From positions 3,100,001 to 3,164,000 of the forward strand of contig NC_043015.1 of assembly GCF_006345805.1 (NCBI RefSeq): a stretch of 64,000 nt of DNA. The letters run 5' to 3'. The notes under the pieces were generated by a model. The model ran no database searches. It saw only the letters and a program-made list of their open reading frames with translations, and had not been told where the DNA came from. The DNA comes from Octopus sinensis. Its lineage: Eukaryota. Shown piece by piece: positions 40,940 to 54,165 of this stretch. The position numbers were made by a program, and so were the translations under genes. Within the stretch, counting starts at the first letter, position 1; each line of letters opens with the position of its first letter.

Positions 40940-41090
40940 ACTGGCTTCAAATTTTATCAGAACTCCTGCAAATACCTTATATTGTATCGGCCCGAAAATG
41001 TAAAATATGCGTCGGCAAATACTGAAACTCAAATCGAAAGATGCAAGAAACGTCGCGAAGCATTTTACTCGGCGTGTTATGAGTACTTCT
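40940..41090 (-). mobile_element. SINE family A, heavily decayed
   Basis: atcggcccgaaa..gcgaagcattttactcggcgtgtta resembles the reverse-complemented A head and central domain. Confidence 0.5.
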
Positions 41091-42663
41091 AGCTCACCTT
41101 ATTTTATAGTATAATCTCAACAAAAATAATTCACCTGGGGCAAATAATTGTCACCTGGCAGTACAAGAGCTTTAAAAATTACTACTGTTTATCAGACATT
41201 GTTATTCATAAACAATTGAATGCAAAAGGACGTTACTGAGACTGTATATCACGTAGTTTTCATTGAGAAAGAATTTTTTAAAAATCTGTCTTTTGTGGAT
41301 AGGATTTGGGTATATATAGGAGATATACCTGACAGTATTTTGTGAAACACATATCTTAGTTATTCATACCTATTCTTGGATGGTTGGTCACATGCCGCAT
41401 ATTTGCTCATAGAAGCTACAAATAAGGTGGAAGCATGGCCAATATATATAATTATATTTGTTTGGTCATCTCAACCCAACAACGTATATAGATTCGAGAA
41501 AAGTAATGAATTTATATGGTTTCTATTATTGAAGGGCGTTACATAATTTTTGGCATATTAATATACTCTGTAGAAATGACTATACCGAAGTTGTAAAATA
41601 ATTACCAATATCGTGGAAAGTTTCTGATACCTTCATAATATATTATACCTTTTGATAGAATTATTTTGCTACTTCTTCGGTATGTTTAGCAATTGTATAC
41701 AAATAGCTTTATATTTTGATTTCACATTCGTTACATATGTGAGGTTACGTTCGATATACAAATAAAAAAAAAATCCAATTGATTACGCATAAATGATTTC
41801 TGAAATGCATTTATATGTAAATTTTATGCGAAACGTATGAACATATTTTCAGAACTTAATATATAACATTTGAATTTAATAATTTTGGTATCAATTATTA
41901 GTTAATATTAAGTTCTCATAGAAAATGAAATAAAAAATGAACACTTTCAACACCAAATATTCAGTAATATTTGCAATAATGTCTTTTAAGTTATAAAATT
42001 TCTCTCAGATGTTTAAATTCGTTTGATAAAAATATAAATTCACGAAATGCTAATATCTTCATTACATTTAGATATACACACTTTCTATAAAAATTTCAAT
42101 ATATTCGTAAATTGATAGATTTATTTGATTTGTTTGGCCTCGTATTAAAAATGTCTTTGATATTATGTAATGGCCAGACACTATCGCCCGCTAATAACGT
42201 GCAGTGACAAATAAAACCTGCTGATGCGATCGAAAAGGATGCGGTTTCGTATTCTCAGTCCCAGATTTCAAGCCCAATATCATGCTCTGATACTAAAGCT
42301 GCCAAATTTTATTCACAGATAAGTCCAAGAGTAATCATCAATTTTAGTGAAAATTTTCAGCATATCTTAATAAACATTTGCTTAACTTGTAATTAAACGT
42401 AATTTGCTTAACTTGTAATTAACATTAAATTAAAATTGTTGCATTTAGTGCATCTCTAAATTTGTATAAAATCTCGGGTGCCTACTACCATTCAACATAG
42501 ACATTGAAAGCAACAACGTAACAACCAACCATCTCTAAATAAGTCCAAATGAATGCCTCCTCAAATAATTAACAGTTTATATTGTACTAGATTTTTAATT
42601 ATTTTCAGAGCAAAATGATAATACTTTTATAGCAATGTGTAATACATCTATATATGTATATAT

Positions 42664-42700
42664 TTGCTCCAGCATGGCTACACCTTCGAGCTGAAATATA
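42664..42700 (+). mobile_element. Isolated CR1/SINE-B type 3' tail
   Basis: tgctccagcatggctacaccttcgagctgaaa. Confidence 0.55.
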
Positions 42701-43464
42701 TTAAAATATAAAAGAATAGACAGATACACACATATACGCATGAACACACATATGTATAGATAGTAAATTGAAATATTATAGATGTTTAGAATATTTTGAA
42801 TTCGTAATTGAAATATTGAATATGATTATTTTACTTATGAGATAAATCTACAATGTGGTGTGTCTCTTATTGTCTGAATATATTAATTTCTGCTACAGAA
42901 CTGCATTCTACATCTTATAATGCTACAATTTTTGCTATTTCGTTTTTAAGTAATTCTATTAAACAGTAACTATTTGTATAAGTATGATAAAGTTGTTTTC
43001 GCAAGATAGATATTAAGTATGTTGCTGATACATGTTTAAAAAGTAATCGTGTAGTCATACACCTTTGCATACAAGCACATAAGCATATGGTTCGACTCTT
43101 AAATCATATACATGTTACAAAAGGAAACAAGCGAGATACACACATCATAACGAATGTAATCCACATAACAGAACTGTATATAAATTGACTCTCTTATCGT
43201 TCTCTATCCGATGTTCAACATTCATCAATGCTATCTTAGCGTGATAAACTATATTGCATCTTGCCCTGTGCATTGCCACCTATACCTGCTTTGTAATTTC
43301 ATTTTAAGCCTCAGCAATAATTTAAAGTTATATTCAACATCATCGGTTTTAGTACTTACACTCACACGCACACACACACACACAAACACACACACAGACA
43401 CACACATATGTATATATATGTATATATATATATATATATAAATATATGCATATATATGTATATA

Positions 43465-43513
<49 letters not shown>

Positions 43514-43545
43514 TATATACATATCGTATATATATATATATGTCG

Positions 43546-43577
<32 letters not shown>

Positions 43578-43640
43578 TGTTTCGCGAAATGAGATAAAAA
43601 ACAAAGGTTGTATAGATATTATAGCATACATAGATAGTAG

Positions 43641-43688
43641 GTCTTACAGCTGTTTTGGTCTCAATGACACCATTATCTCTTATATATA

Positions 43689-43776
<88 letters not shown>

Positions 43777-43900
43777 AATATAAAAAGAATGATCCAGAGT
43801 AGGGGTAATAAGGTACCCAACTGTCACATAAGCGTCTAAGAAATTGATAGTTACACTAGAGTTGGTTTGAAATCCGCGCAGAAGTGACACGCGTTTTGGA
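43641..43900 (-). mobile_element. Possible Penelope-like terminal-repeat relic split by (TA)n, with a decayed hammerhead-like motif at 43641-43680
   Basis: Reverse complement ggtgtcattgagacc-aAAA-C-agct-G-TA-agac shares acagctgtaag with the 25.9 kb motif. G12 and the CUGA core are decayed. Confidence 0.35.
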
Positions 43901-44129
43901 GAACATAGGGATAATGGAAAATAGAGACAAACGTTCCAGATGTTATTTAAATCTCTTATGTCAACATTCCACCTATATGTCTTGCGATTGATGCATTAAA
44001 ATAAATTAAATAAGCGAGGAAGACTAATGTGTGAAAATGTTTCAATTCTTATCAAGGAGGAGATTATAAACAGTAGTTCTCAAAGCAATACGTCATTTTT
44101 ACAAATATGAAAAAACTACAATATATAAT

Positions 44130-44162
<33 letters not shown>

Positions 44163-44930
44163 GGAAAACGAAAGTTAGGAGTGGGCGCTAGTAATGTTAA
44201 AACACTGTTAAGAAAATTGACGTCATAGGAGGAGAAAAGTAGAGAAGGAAATCATAAAATGAATTAAAGGAATAATGGAGGTTTCAATGAATAGAAAGGG
44301 ATTGGCAGGTAGATAGAGAAGATGAATGGAAAGAATAGGAAGTATGGGATGGAAAAGAGAAAGCTAAATTTGCAAAGTTACTCTTAGACTCTTGTATTAA
44401 TGTGCAAATAAATTAGTTTGTTATCTGTCTCTAAGATTAATGCATATGTATGTAGCAAATGCCTTCGGATAATACATTATATTTTCAAACCCACCACGCA
44501 AACGCAGCTACATTCGGCAGAAAACAATAATGAAATTAAAACTGCATATCAAAAAGGCCTTGAAACTACGAAGGTTTTGCTGCGAAAATGACTAGGGCAA
44601 CAAATTTAGAAAAAAAGTCAACTCATACCGGTGACTAGCATGTGTTAGAAAGTGAATAGACAACATATTTTCATATATAATAGTGTAGAAACAATGTAAG
44701 TATTCATACACAGAAGAGGTAACCTTTGACAGGAAAACTTACATGCTATAAAGAGCATGATTTTACGTTATACTGTCGTATGTCCAAATTTGTTCAAATG
44801 CTTTATTTTTTTAATATTTACTTTTTGGTTGCCATAGCCGGGTCTTTTGTTCTGCTTCAGAAGCCAAATACGAAAATTCTCAAATGTGTAGTACAAGTGT
44901 TTATCACATTTCAAAACTGTAGTAAGACCT

Positions 44931-45058
44931 GAGGTCGACTTTGGCTTTCAAACGTTCGTGGTTGATAAATTAAGTACCAGTTGCGTATCGAGTTATATCT
45001 AATCGACTGTCCCTCCCCTGAAAATTTCAGGCTTTATGCCTAGAGTAGAAAAGAAAAG
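44931..45058 (+). mobile_element. SINE family A central domain plus alternative tail (A2)
   Basis: gaggtcgactttg.ctttca..gataaattaagtaccag, then tcccctgaaaatttcaggct.tatgcctagagtagaaa, matching the reverse complement of 49004-49045. Confidence 0.75.
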
Positions 45059-45148
45059 AATATATATATATATGTGTGTGCGTATATATGTGCATGTGCG
45101 TGCACTTATGTGTGTGTACTTAACAAATTCTTTGTAGTCGGTCATTTA

Positions 45149-45570
45149 TCTGTTTCTTTATCACTCACAAGGGGCTAAACACAGAGGGGACAAACAAGGA
45201 CAGACAAACAGATTAATTCGATTACATTGACTCTAGTGCGTAAATGGTACTTAATTTATCGACATCGAAAGGATGAAAGGCAAAGTCGACCACGGCGGAA
45301 TTTGAACCCAGAACGTAAAGGCAGACGAAATACCTGTTTCTTTACTACCCACAAGGGGCTAAACATAGAGAGGAAAAACAAAGACAGATAAACGGATTAA
45401 GTCAGTCGATTATATCGACCCCAGTGCGTAATTGGTACTTAACGTATCGACCCTGAAATGATGAAAGTCAAAGACGACGTCGGCGGAATTTGAACTCAGA
45501 ATGCAGCAGTAGACGAATTGGCGCGAAGCATTTCGCTCGGCGTGCTAACGTGTCTGCCAACCCGCAGCCT
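45149..45570 (-). mobile_element. SINE family A, full unit plus head-less second unit
   Basis: The minus strand reads head..tail aaagaaacaggtat, then ttcgtctgcc.. and a second central domain and tail. Confidence 0.9.
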
Positions 45571-46623
45571 TATAGATCGTATACCATGAAATTGTAGTAT
45601 ATATTATATTTATTACATTTAGGAGTGAAAGATCAAACAAGTCTTTTACATAGCAAAAAAATGTCCTGAGATCCATCGTGGAAAATAGAGTAAATGCAAT
45701 TTAAAAAAAAATAAATTATTCATTTTAAAAATAGCAAGAAATCCTTAAATTGCCACTGCTGCAACGGCTCCTTGGTTTTAATTTCTTTTAGGATTACTTG
45801 TTTATTTCACTTTGAGTGGATATTCTTCTTTTATATTGTAGCTTTCAATATGAACGGTTTATCTTCCTAAGCCTCAAATGGAGTTATCTTCTTACGTCTG
45901 TCCTAAGGAACTAATTAGCTCCCTTGGCAATTAAGCCACTTCTTTTGAACTTGTTCCATTCAAAAACGAAAAAAAAACAAGGAATACCGTAAAGTTTAAA
46001 ATTGAACTTAAAATTTTAAAATATTCGAAAATGTTCTTAAAAAGAAGTTCTATATTCATTTGTTCATAACACAGCAATTTTTATTATATTTTCTTTGAAG
46101 TTAGCATATATTTTTTATTCCTGTTATATTTCTAATGTACCATGGGAAACAAGTATTCCTTTGTTTCAACTATAATGCATCAATTTACTGGGCTTGTAAT
46201 TTGAAATTATAAATACACAACAAAAACACATTTGTATTATCAGGCTTTCGTTCAATGCATTAGTGTAATTGTGTTTACATGCACTTTAAATCACATCTTT
46301 CAACATAATGATTAAATGAAAACTACAATGAAAATAATATTATTCTAACATGTTTTATTTTTCGTATAAAGTTATTATTTCATCTAATATCACACAAAAT
46401 TCAAAGCTATGTATATTCCAAGTTACGTTCTAGGAGAGCACTTTTAAAAGCAAGGAGCTAATCGACACTGTCGACATCCCTACCTATCTTGTGTATTATT
46501 TTATTGACAAGGAAGGATAAAAAGCAGATGGGACATCAGGTTAATATGAATACACTGCATAGAACATCAGAGTCAATACCGCAAAATTGTTTCCACTTCC
46601 ACCGGCGTTAGATATTTAATATA

Positions 46624-46822
46624 GGGCGGCGAGCTGGCAGAAACGTTAGCACACCGGGTGAAATGCGTAGCCCTATTTCGTCTGCCGTTACGTTCTGAGT
46701 TCAAATTCCGCTGAGGTCGACTTTGACTTTCATACTTTCGGGGTCGATAAATTAAGTACCATTTACGCACTGGGGTCGATGTAATATACTTAATCCGTTT
46801 GTCTGTCCTTCTTTGACCTCTC
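46624..46822 (+). mobile_element. SINE family A, 3'-clipped
   Basis: gggcggcgagctggcagaaacgttagcac..gagttcaaattccgc.gaggtcgactttg.. Confidence 0.9.
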
Positions 46823-47320
46823 TGTCAAATATAAATTGGAGTGCTAGCCGTTTTGGGTGTTTTGGTTAATATTAAAAGTAATTTCAGTAATCATTATTTT
46901 ATATGTACTACATACTAAGTGGAAGACCCGTGATCCAGTATTAGGGAGTTACATTAGTAATTGTCAGATCGTGGGTTCGATTCACGGACCAAGAGACAAG
47001 TTGTCTTATTCATTTAAGGTTTATCTAGCGCTGTGTGCTGACTGGAATGTAAGAATAGACCCAGTTCTATGTCTACGCGTCATAAAAATGCGATTAAAAG
47101 ACGATGAGGTAGGATTTGCATTCCCGCATTGTAAAATATTCACTAGTAATGAAAAGCGTAACCAGAAACATTGGTTGGATGGTTGTTTCCTCTGGCTTGC
47201 AACGGGCCATCCACATGCAGTAAAGAAATACCCGTACGCAGCATCAAGCATTTTCGCATATCCTATAAAAAAACACACACACACACTCTCTCTTTCTCTT
47301 TCTCTCTCACTCTCCCTCTT

Positions 47321-47360
<40 letters not shown>

Positions 47361-48042
47361 GAAGGCAAACTACCTCTGGAAGAAAGTTATATGAATTTTA
47401 CAAATTGTACATGTATCTAGCAGCTTTTGCTATGTAATATTTCTAGAAGCAGGAATATTTGCAAATGAAATTATAGTAAAGCAATTTACAATGGATACAT
47501 AATCAATTACATTAATGAATAAACCGCTAAATGAAATCAGCACTTGTGAGATCCTCTACATAGACACCACTTAAATTATATAATATATTATTAATATTTA
47601 GTTTAACATTTGTAAGTAAATACTCACAAACCAATTTAGATATGCATGGCCACTTGGTATTAGGGAGTTACATTAGTAATTGCATTGCATAATAAACTAA
47701 TGTGTAGCGATTATCGTATATCATTATTATAGACATATTATTTTTCATTTTTTTTATGTGATAAATAAATATCCATACAAAACAATATTTAAAATCATTC
47801 TTATTTTGAATATTTCTTTCGACGTTTCAAATCCTTCAATTTACGGGTACATAATCATTTCTATCGCTGCCGTTACTTCCATAAGATTGATGCTATGCTG
47901 GTGCACAGCTTTCAAGTGTCCTTACGAAACAAATACATCCTAGTACGGTCCTTTACTTTCTAGAGTATATACTGACGCTGTTGGTCACCTTTCTCGACGC
48001 GTTATATTATATATTATACACACACACGCACACATACATGTA

Positions 48043-48087
<45 letters not shown>

Positions 48088-48135
48088 GTATGTATGTATA
48101 CACGCACACACACAGAGACTCACTGACACACGCAC

Positions 48136-48233
<98 letters not shown>

Positions 48234-48735
48234 ATATAAAATTAGGGAATGCTTTAGGTTCCAGATTATATATGTCCCACAGCTAGCAGAATCTCGGAAA
48301 TTGCAATTATTCAAACGACGGATAATTTACTAGCTACTCGTCGAGCCAAATATTCCTTTATCAAAAGGACTTTACATTGTCATCAAGGGAAAAGATGATG
48401 GATAGTCAGCGATTTAGCCCTAGTTTGAATAGTTACTGTTATATCCGAGCTTCTCCAATCTACGAAGCATATGTAACCTTTTTATATCTACTCCATTCCT
48501 TAATTTTGCATTTCTGTTCGTACACACATCAATCCATGATTCTATGCATTTGCTATAAAATAATTACTTCTATTAGGGAAACTTATATTTGTACCTTCTA
48601 CGGACTGCTTCGAGTTTACTACCTTCCTACATCTTCAACATTAGATCTCAACTTAGATCTCTACATACATATACATGCACGTACAAACACACATCACACA
48701 CACACGCACACGCACGCGCACAGACACACACATAT

Positions 48736-48780
<45 letters not shown>

Positions 48781-49003
48781 TATATATATATTATATTAAT
48801 TAGAGACAAAACCGCTATTATACAAATCAAACAAAGAAAGACTTAAGCCAATACATAAAAACAATTTATATAAATTAAATATAATTAAAATAACCACTAC
48901 GATATATATACACATACATGTATAATTGAAGGTTATAGAAAACCAATGTTGAGACAGTTGTCGGAAAACAAGAAAGTGTATTAGATTGATGCCCGGAAAA
49001 TAT

Positions 49004-49198
49004 TATTTCTACTCTAGGCACAAGGCTGGAAATTTTGGGAGAGGGGGTCAGTTGATAAGATCAACACCAGAACGTAGCTGGTACTTAATTTATCGACCCC
49101 GAAGGATGAAAGGCAAAGTCGACGTCGTCTAAATTTGAAATCAGGACGCAAAGGCAGACGAAATACCACCAAGTTTGTTGATGTGTTCTGCCAGCTTA
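49004..49198 (-). mobile_element. SINE family A with A2 tail
   Basis: Central domain ctggtacttaatttatcgaccccgaaggatgaaaggcaaagtcgac; tail ttctactctaggcacaaggctggaaatttt. Confidence 0.8.
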
Positions 49199-49229
49199 CC
49201 ACGTTGAGGCTCCGGAAAACTGGTGATGT

Positions 49230-49265
49230 CTTTTACGTTTCGAGGCTACGCTCTTCGACAGAAAG
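49230..49265 (-). ncRNA. Minimal type I hammerhead-like motif (Penelope type) with one core substitution
   Basis: Reverse complement: cttt-CTGtCGA-a-gag(cgtagc)ctc-GAAA-CG-TA-aaag. 4-bp stem I, short stem II, palindromic ACGT stem III; position 6 is T instead of A. Confidence 0.55.
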
Positions 49266-49409
49266 GTACAAGAAAAGATAGGAGAATGATAAAAACAAAT
49301 GTGTTGAGTTCAGATGCTGAATAGCATCTCACAATCTATAACCTTTATATCAATTTTATAACTGATTTTTCTAAGAGTTGATGGGTATTGACCTCAAGGA
49401 AGGAAAAGA

Positions 49410-49446
<37 letters not shown>

Positions 49447-50898
49447 TTATAGTGGACGAATGACACTGTAAATATAACATTTCTTTGCCAAATCTCTATA
49501 CATTTTATGTAATATTTTCCTGTTGTACATGCTTTTACTTGATATTTTTTATATAGTTGTTACACAACCACTTTCCATTAGAGGGAAAATCCCTCGCTTC
49601 CCTACCGAAAATCGAAGCGTAGTGCACCAAGTCTGCTAATATTAATCGCTAAAATAAAAAATACATTTGTATTGTTTTCACAACCCAGAGGAAATCTATT
49701 GATGTACTTCTGAAACTATTTCTCGCCTTATTACAATTAAAAACGGAGGTGTTATTGCGTTATGTAAGTTTGAATGGTCATAAGAGATTATAACCGCCCC
49801 CTAGTAATTTCGTTGAATATATTAATTCCTCAAACTTAGTTCTTGTGTTCTGTTATTATATTTAATCTTCCTCTTAGACGACCCCAAAATATCAGGTAAA
49901 TTGTGCGAGAAAAGTAGGAGTGCTGGTGTTCAAATTTTATCTATTTCGTGCAGTTAAAGAACTTGCCATTCGATATATAAAAAAGTAGCATTGTAAGAGA
50001 AAATGTTTTACCTATAAGGGCAAGAGAACATGATTGGTTCTTACAATCTTACAATTGGTTCTTGAAAACCAAATAGAAGGAAAGTGAATATATTCTTAGA
50101 AGAGAGTTAACATTAATGTATGCTGCATTGCTATTATAGCTTGCAAAACATTTCGTTGATTCTCTGTGACTACTCATCCTCCAAAATCTAGCATTTCATT
50201 TGGCGCATGGAATTCAATCAGTGAAATACGTTTATTGTGTCTGAAAGTGAAAAGCTGCATGCATTATATAGTTATTTTTGCAAGGTGTAATGAATATGCT
50301 GAAAATGTCTGCATGTGGATGTTTTCACGTTTCTTTCTATTGCTTTTCTGTAAAACCAGAAATTGTACAGAGACAAGAATTAACTTCCAGCGTTTTGAAG
50401 ACAGCTCGTGAACCAATGTGTATGCAGGTATAGAGTGTTTTTGATGATGCAGGGTGGATAAAAAGAAAAGCTTAATTTTTCGTGTGTATGCTTTGGAAAC
50501 AGGATATCATTCGTTCTCTCGTTTAAGCCTTTAGCAAAAATACCAGTCGTATAAACAGTTACTATTTCACCGACATAATTGGATAACATGATCATTAATA
50601 ACACACAGAGAAGTAGATGCATCGACAGAAATGTTTCAATGACCTACCAACCGTTCCGCTCATTCCAGTATGATACAGAACAAAATTAAAAAAGAAAATT
50701 GAACTATTTAAAATTTTCTTTCGCGCAGCTAAAGTTGATATTTCTTGCAAATAGTATAATGATAGACCAAATGTATTTTTTCAAAACCCCTATTGTTTTC
50801 ATTTCACCTGGTTTTGACAAGATTCATCCTAACACCGCTGGTGTACATTCTTAATCTTTGTAGAAAAATAAGTTGTATATATATATATATATATATAT

Positions 50899-51110
50899 AG
50901 TGGTTAGGGCAGCGAACTCGCGGTCGTAGAATCGCGGTTACGATTCCCAGACCGGGCGTTGTGAGTATTTATTGAGCGAAAACACCTAAAAGCTCGACGA
51001 GGCTCCGGCAGGGGTTGGTGGCGAACCCTGCTGTACTCTTTCACCGCAACTTTCTCGTACTCTTTCTTCTGTTCGCCTGCTCGCTTAGGCTAAAACAATG
51101 CGAACGATGT
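50899..51110 (+). mobile_element. SINE family D copy, 3'-truncated
   Basis: gtggttagggcagcg.actc..gtcgtag.atcg..tt.cgattcccagaccgggcgttgtgagt matches 3884-3960. Confidence 0.8.
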
Positions 51111-51182
51111 GTAACTACATCTGATGGACTGGTCGGTCACGTGATATATATATATATATATCATATATATACATTCATGCAT

Positions 51183-51261
<79 letters not shown>

Positions 51262-51360
51262 TTCATAATAATAATAATAATAACAATAACAATAATAACA
51301 ACAGCAACAACAAAAACAACAGCAGCAATAACAGTAGCAGCAACAACAACAATAATAAAC
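51183..51360. repeat. (AAT)n grading into (AAC/AGC)n
   Basis: Directly visible. Confidence 0.93.
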
Positions 51361-51721
51361 ATGATAGTATGTATGATTGTTGTGGTGTTCTTTCTGATGC
51401 TAAATTGGGATTGCCTGAATTATCAAAACAAAATGTCTTTCAGAATTAATTTCAGTTACTTACGTGTTATATTGAATAGCAACTGTCATCAACGTTCACT
51501 TTAACTACGTAAGCGGCGAGAATTTGATGTACATGTTTGTGTTGATCATATCAACTACATGCCTTCTGTTAAATGTCAGCTGTTTTCAAGAACCGATATG
51601 GCTGTTGCTACTTTTAATCGTCTTAAGCGAATTTACATTCCAAAATATAATTCCTCTTTTTTCTTTCCCTAATTGTCTTATGTATTAGATTTAAAAATAA
51701 AATAGGTAGTAAAAATGAAAT

Positions 51722-52124
51722 ATACTCTTTTTACTCGTTTACTTGTTTCAGTCATTTGACTGCGGCCATGCTGGAGCACCGCTTTTAATCGAGTAACTCG
51801 ATCCCGGGACTTATTCTTTGTAAGCCCAGTACTTATTCTATCGATCTGTTTTGCCGAACCGCTAAGTGACGGGGGCATAAACACACCAGCATTGGTTGTC
51901 AAGCAAAGCTAGAGGGACAAACACAGACACACAAACACACACGCACACACATATTTATCTATACATATATACGACGGGCTTCTTTCAGTTTCCGTCCACC
52001 AAATCCACTCACAAGATTTTGGTCGGCCCGAGGCTTGGGTAGAAGACACTTGCCCAAGGTCCCACGCAGTGGGACTGAACAATGTGGTTGGTAAACAAGC
52101 TACTTACCACACAGCCACTCCTGT
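51722..52124 (-). mobile_element. SINE family B, near full length
   Basis: Tail tgtttcagtcatttgactgcggccatgctggagcaccgc; short internal CA/TA tract; head ..cttaccacacagccactcct. Confidence 0.92.
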
Positions 52125-52732
52125 ATGTTACTTCTGCAATTTTGCATCCTTTTGTGTAAAGGGAGACCTCATCAATATGAGAAATGTTGTATACGTAATG
52201 GTTGATTATGTTTCGTTATATCTGAGCGACTGAGGCTTTTCGTATTCTATCGTTGATCATATAGAGTTAACTAAGTGTGGTTTTAATGAGGTGAACTATT
52301 CAGGTGTTTGGGATTCAGGATTTTCAGATAAGGACATATCTATTCGCGAGGATATTAATTACAAGGTCATTAACAATTTATTTGATGTCATTTATTATTT
52401 GTTTACTCCGCATTACACGCCATGGAAACGCCATTTCTGCAGGTGCTGAGATTATTTACAATATGCAATTATTTTTGCACAGAAATTAAATATCTTCATT
52501 TTAGGATTAATTACGCATTGGTTGTAGCTACGCTACTCTATGTGTAATTAAAGTTATTAATGTGTGTTATGTATTTTTCTAAACATTCGTACATTTATCT
52601 ACTATCTTAGAGAAACAGTGTAAGGTTCCAAACACTGTTGACATCATTATTTCCATCCAGCCAATCATACATTTATACACATATACACATATGTATATAT
52701 ATATGTGTGCGTCTAACATTGTGTGTGTATAA

Positions 52733-52772
<40 letters not shown>

Positions 52773-52777
52773 TATGC

Positions 52778-53070
<293 letters not shown>

Positions 53071-53974
53071 CTTTGAACCCGTAACTGTTATTAGTATTAT
53101 TACCTTTTTATAGGTATGAGCAGATTACATTTTGGGATCGATCCGGTACCGAATAAGGATACTTTTTCTATTTACTTTACATGAAGTATTATGATCTTAC
53201 ATTAACTTTCATGTCTTTCTCTGATTAACTCCCTTGAAGCACGTTCATGATTTTCACGTAAGATATAGTGGTGTTGCCGTTTCCAAATTGTTATTCGTTT
53301 CTCTGCTATTACATTTACTCGCGTCTCTATCTTAGTAGGAAACGTTATCCAACTACACAAACTAGCGGCAGCAAAACCGTTCGGAAATTAAATAAGAGTA
53401 ACATATTCAGTAAAATACTATATGTATCTTCAACGATTTGTAGTTGTACATATTTTGAATAATATATCGCTCCTGTTTAAAATTTCTTACCTACTTGAGC
53501 ATTGCATTTCTAGCTCTGCCTTGAAGGAAGCTTTATTTTTGGGGATCGATCTGGTACCGAATAAACGGTGGTGAAACAATGTTGTTAAGCATCCGTTAAC
53601 AGCAGCGTATCCATGTCCGTTCCGTTTTCTTTCTCGCACGGATAAATTTCTCGCTATCGACCTTAATGGACGTAAGGACATTATATCAGCGTTTAGACTG
53701 AAATAGTTTTTCATAGAATGATCTGCCCCTGTTGACGACAAAGACACACAAACACACGCACACACGCGCACACACCATTAAAGTCACGGCCCGCAAACCC
53801 TCAATCACATTCCATGAATACCTTTGGGCTCGATCGGACAACGATTCTGGATTATTTTCCCGGTACTTTTTTCTTAATTTATGAAAGTTGAGTTCATTTT
53901 CAGAATTGTTGTTTGTGAGAGCAGTCGAGTTTATTTTAAACCTCATCTCCGGCTAGGCGGAGGATTGCCCTATG

Positions 53975-54165
53975 TGTGTGCTCTTATTATCATCATCATC
54001 ATCATCATTATCATTATTATTATTATTATTATTGTTGTTGTTATTGTATTTATTATTATTATTATCATTATTATTATCGCTGTTGTTGTTATTGTTGTTA
54101 TTATCATTATTATTATTATTATTATTATTATATTGTTATTTTATATATATATTTTTATTATTATA
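53975..54165. repeat. (ATT/ATC/GTT)n microsatellite
   Basis: Directly visible. Confidence 0.95.

Noticed and set aside
46857-47420. 187-aa ORF
   Set aside because: Non-ATG start; it crosses a decayed SINE and a (CT)n tract and has no domain.
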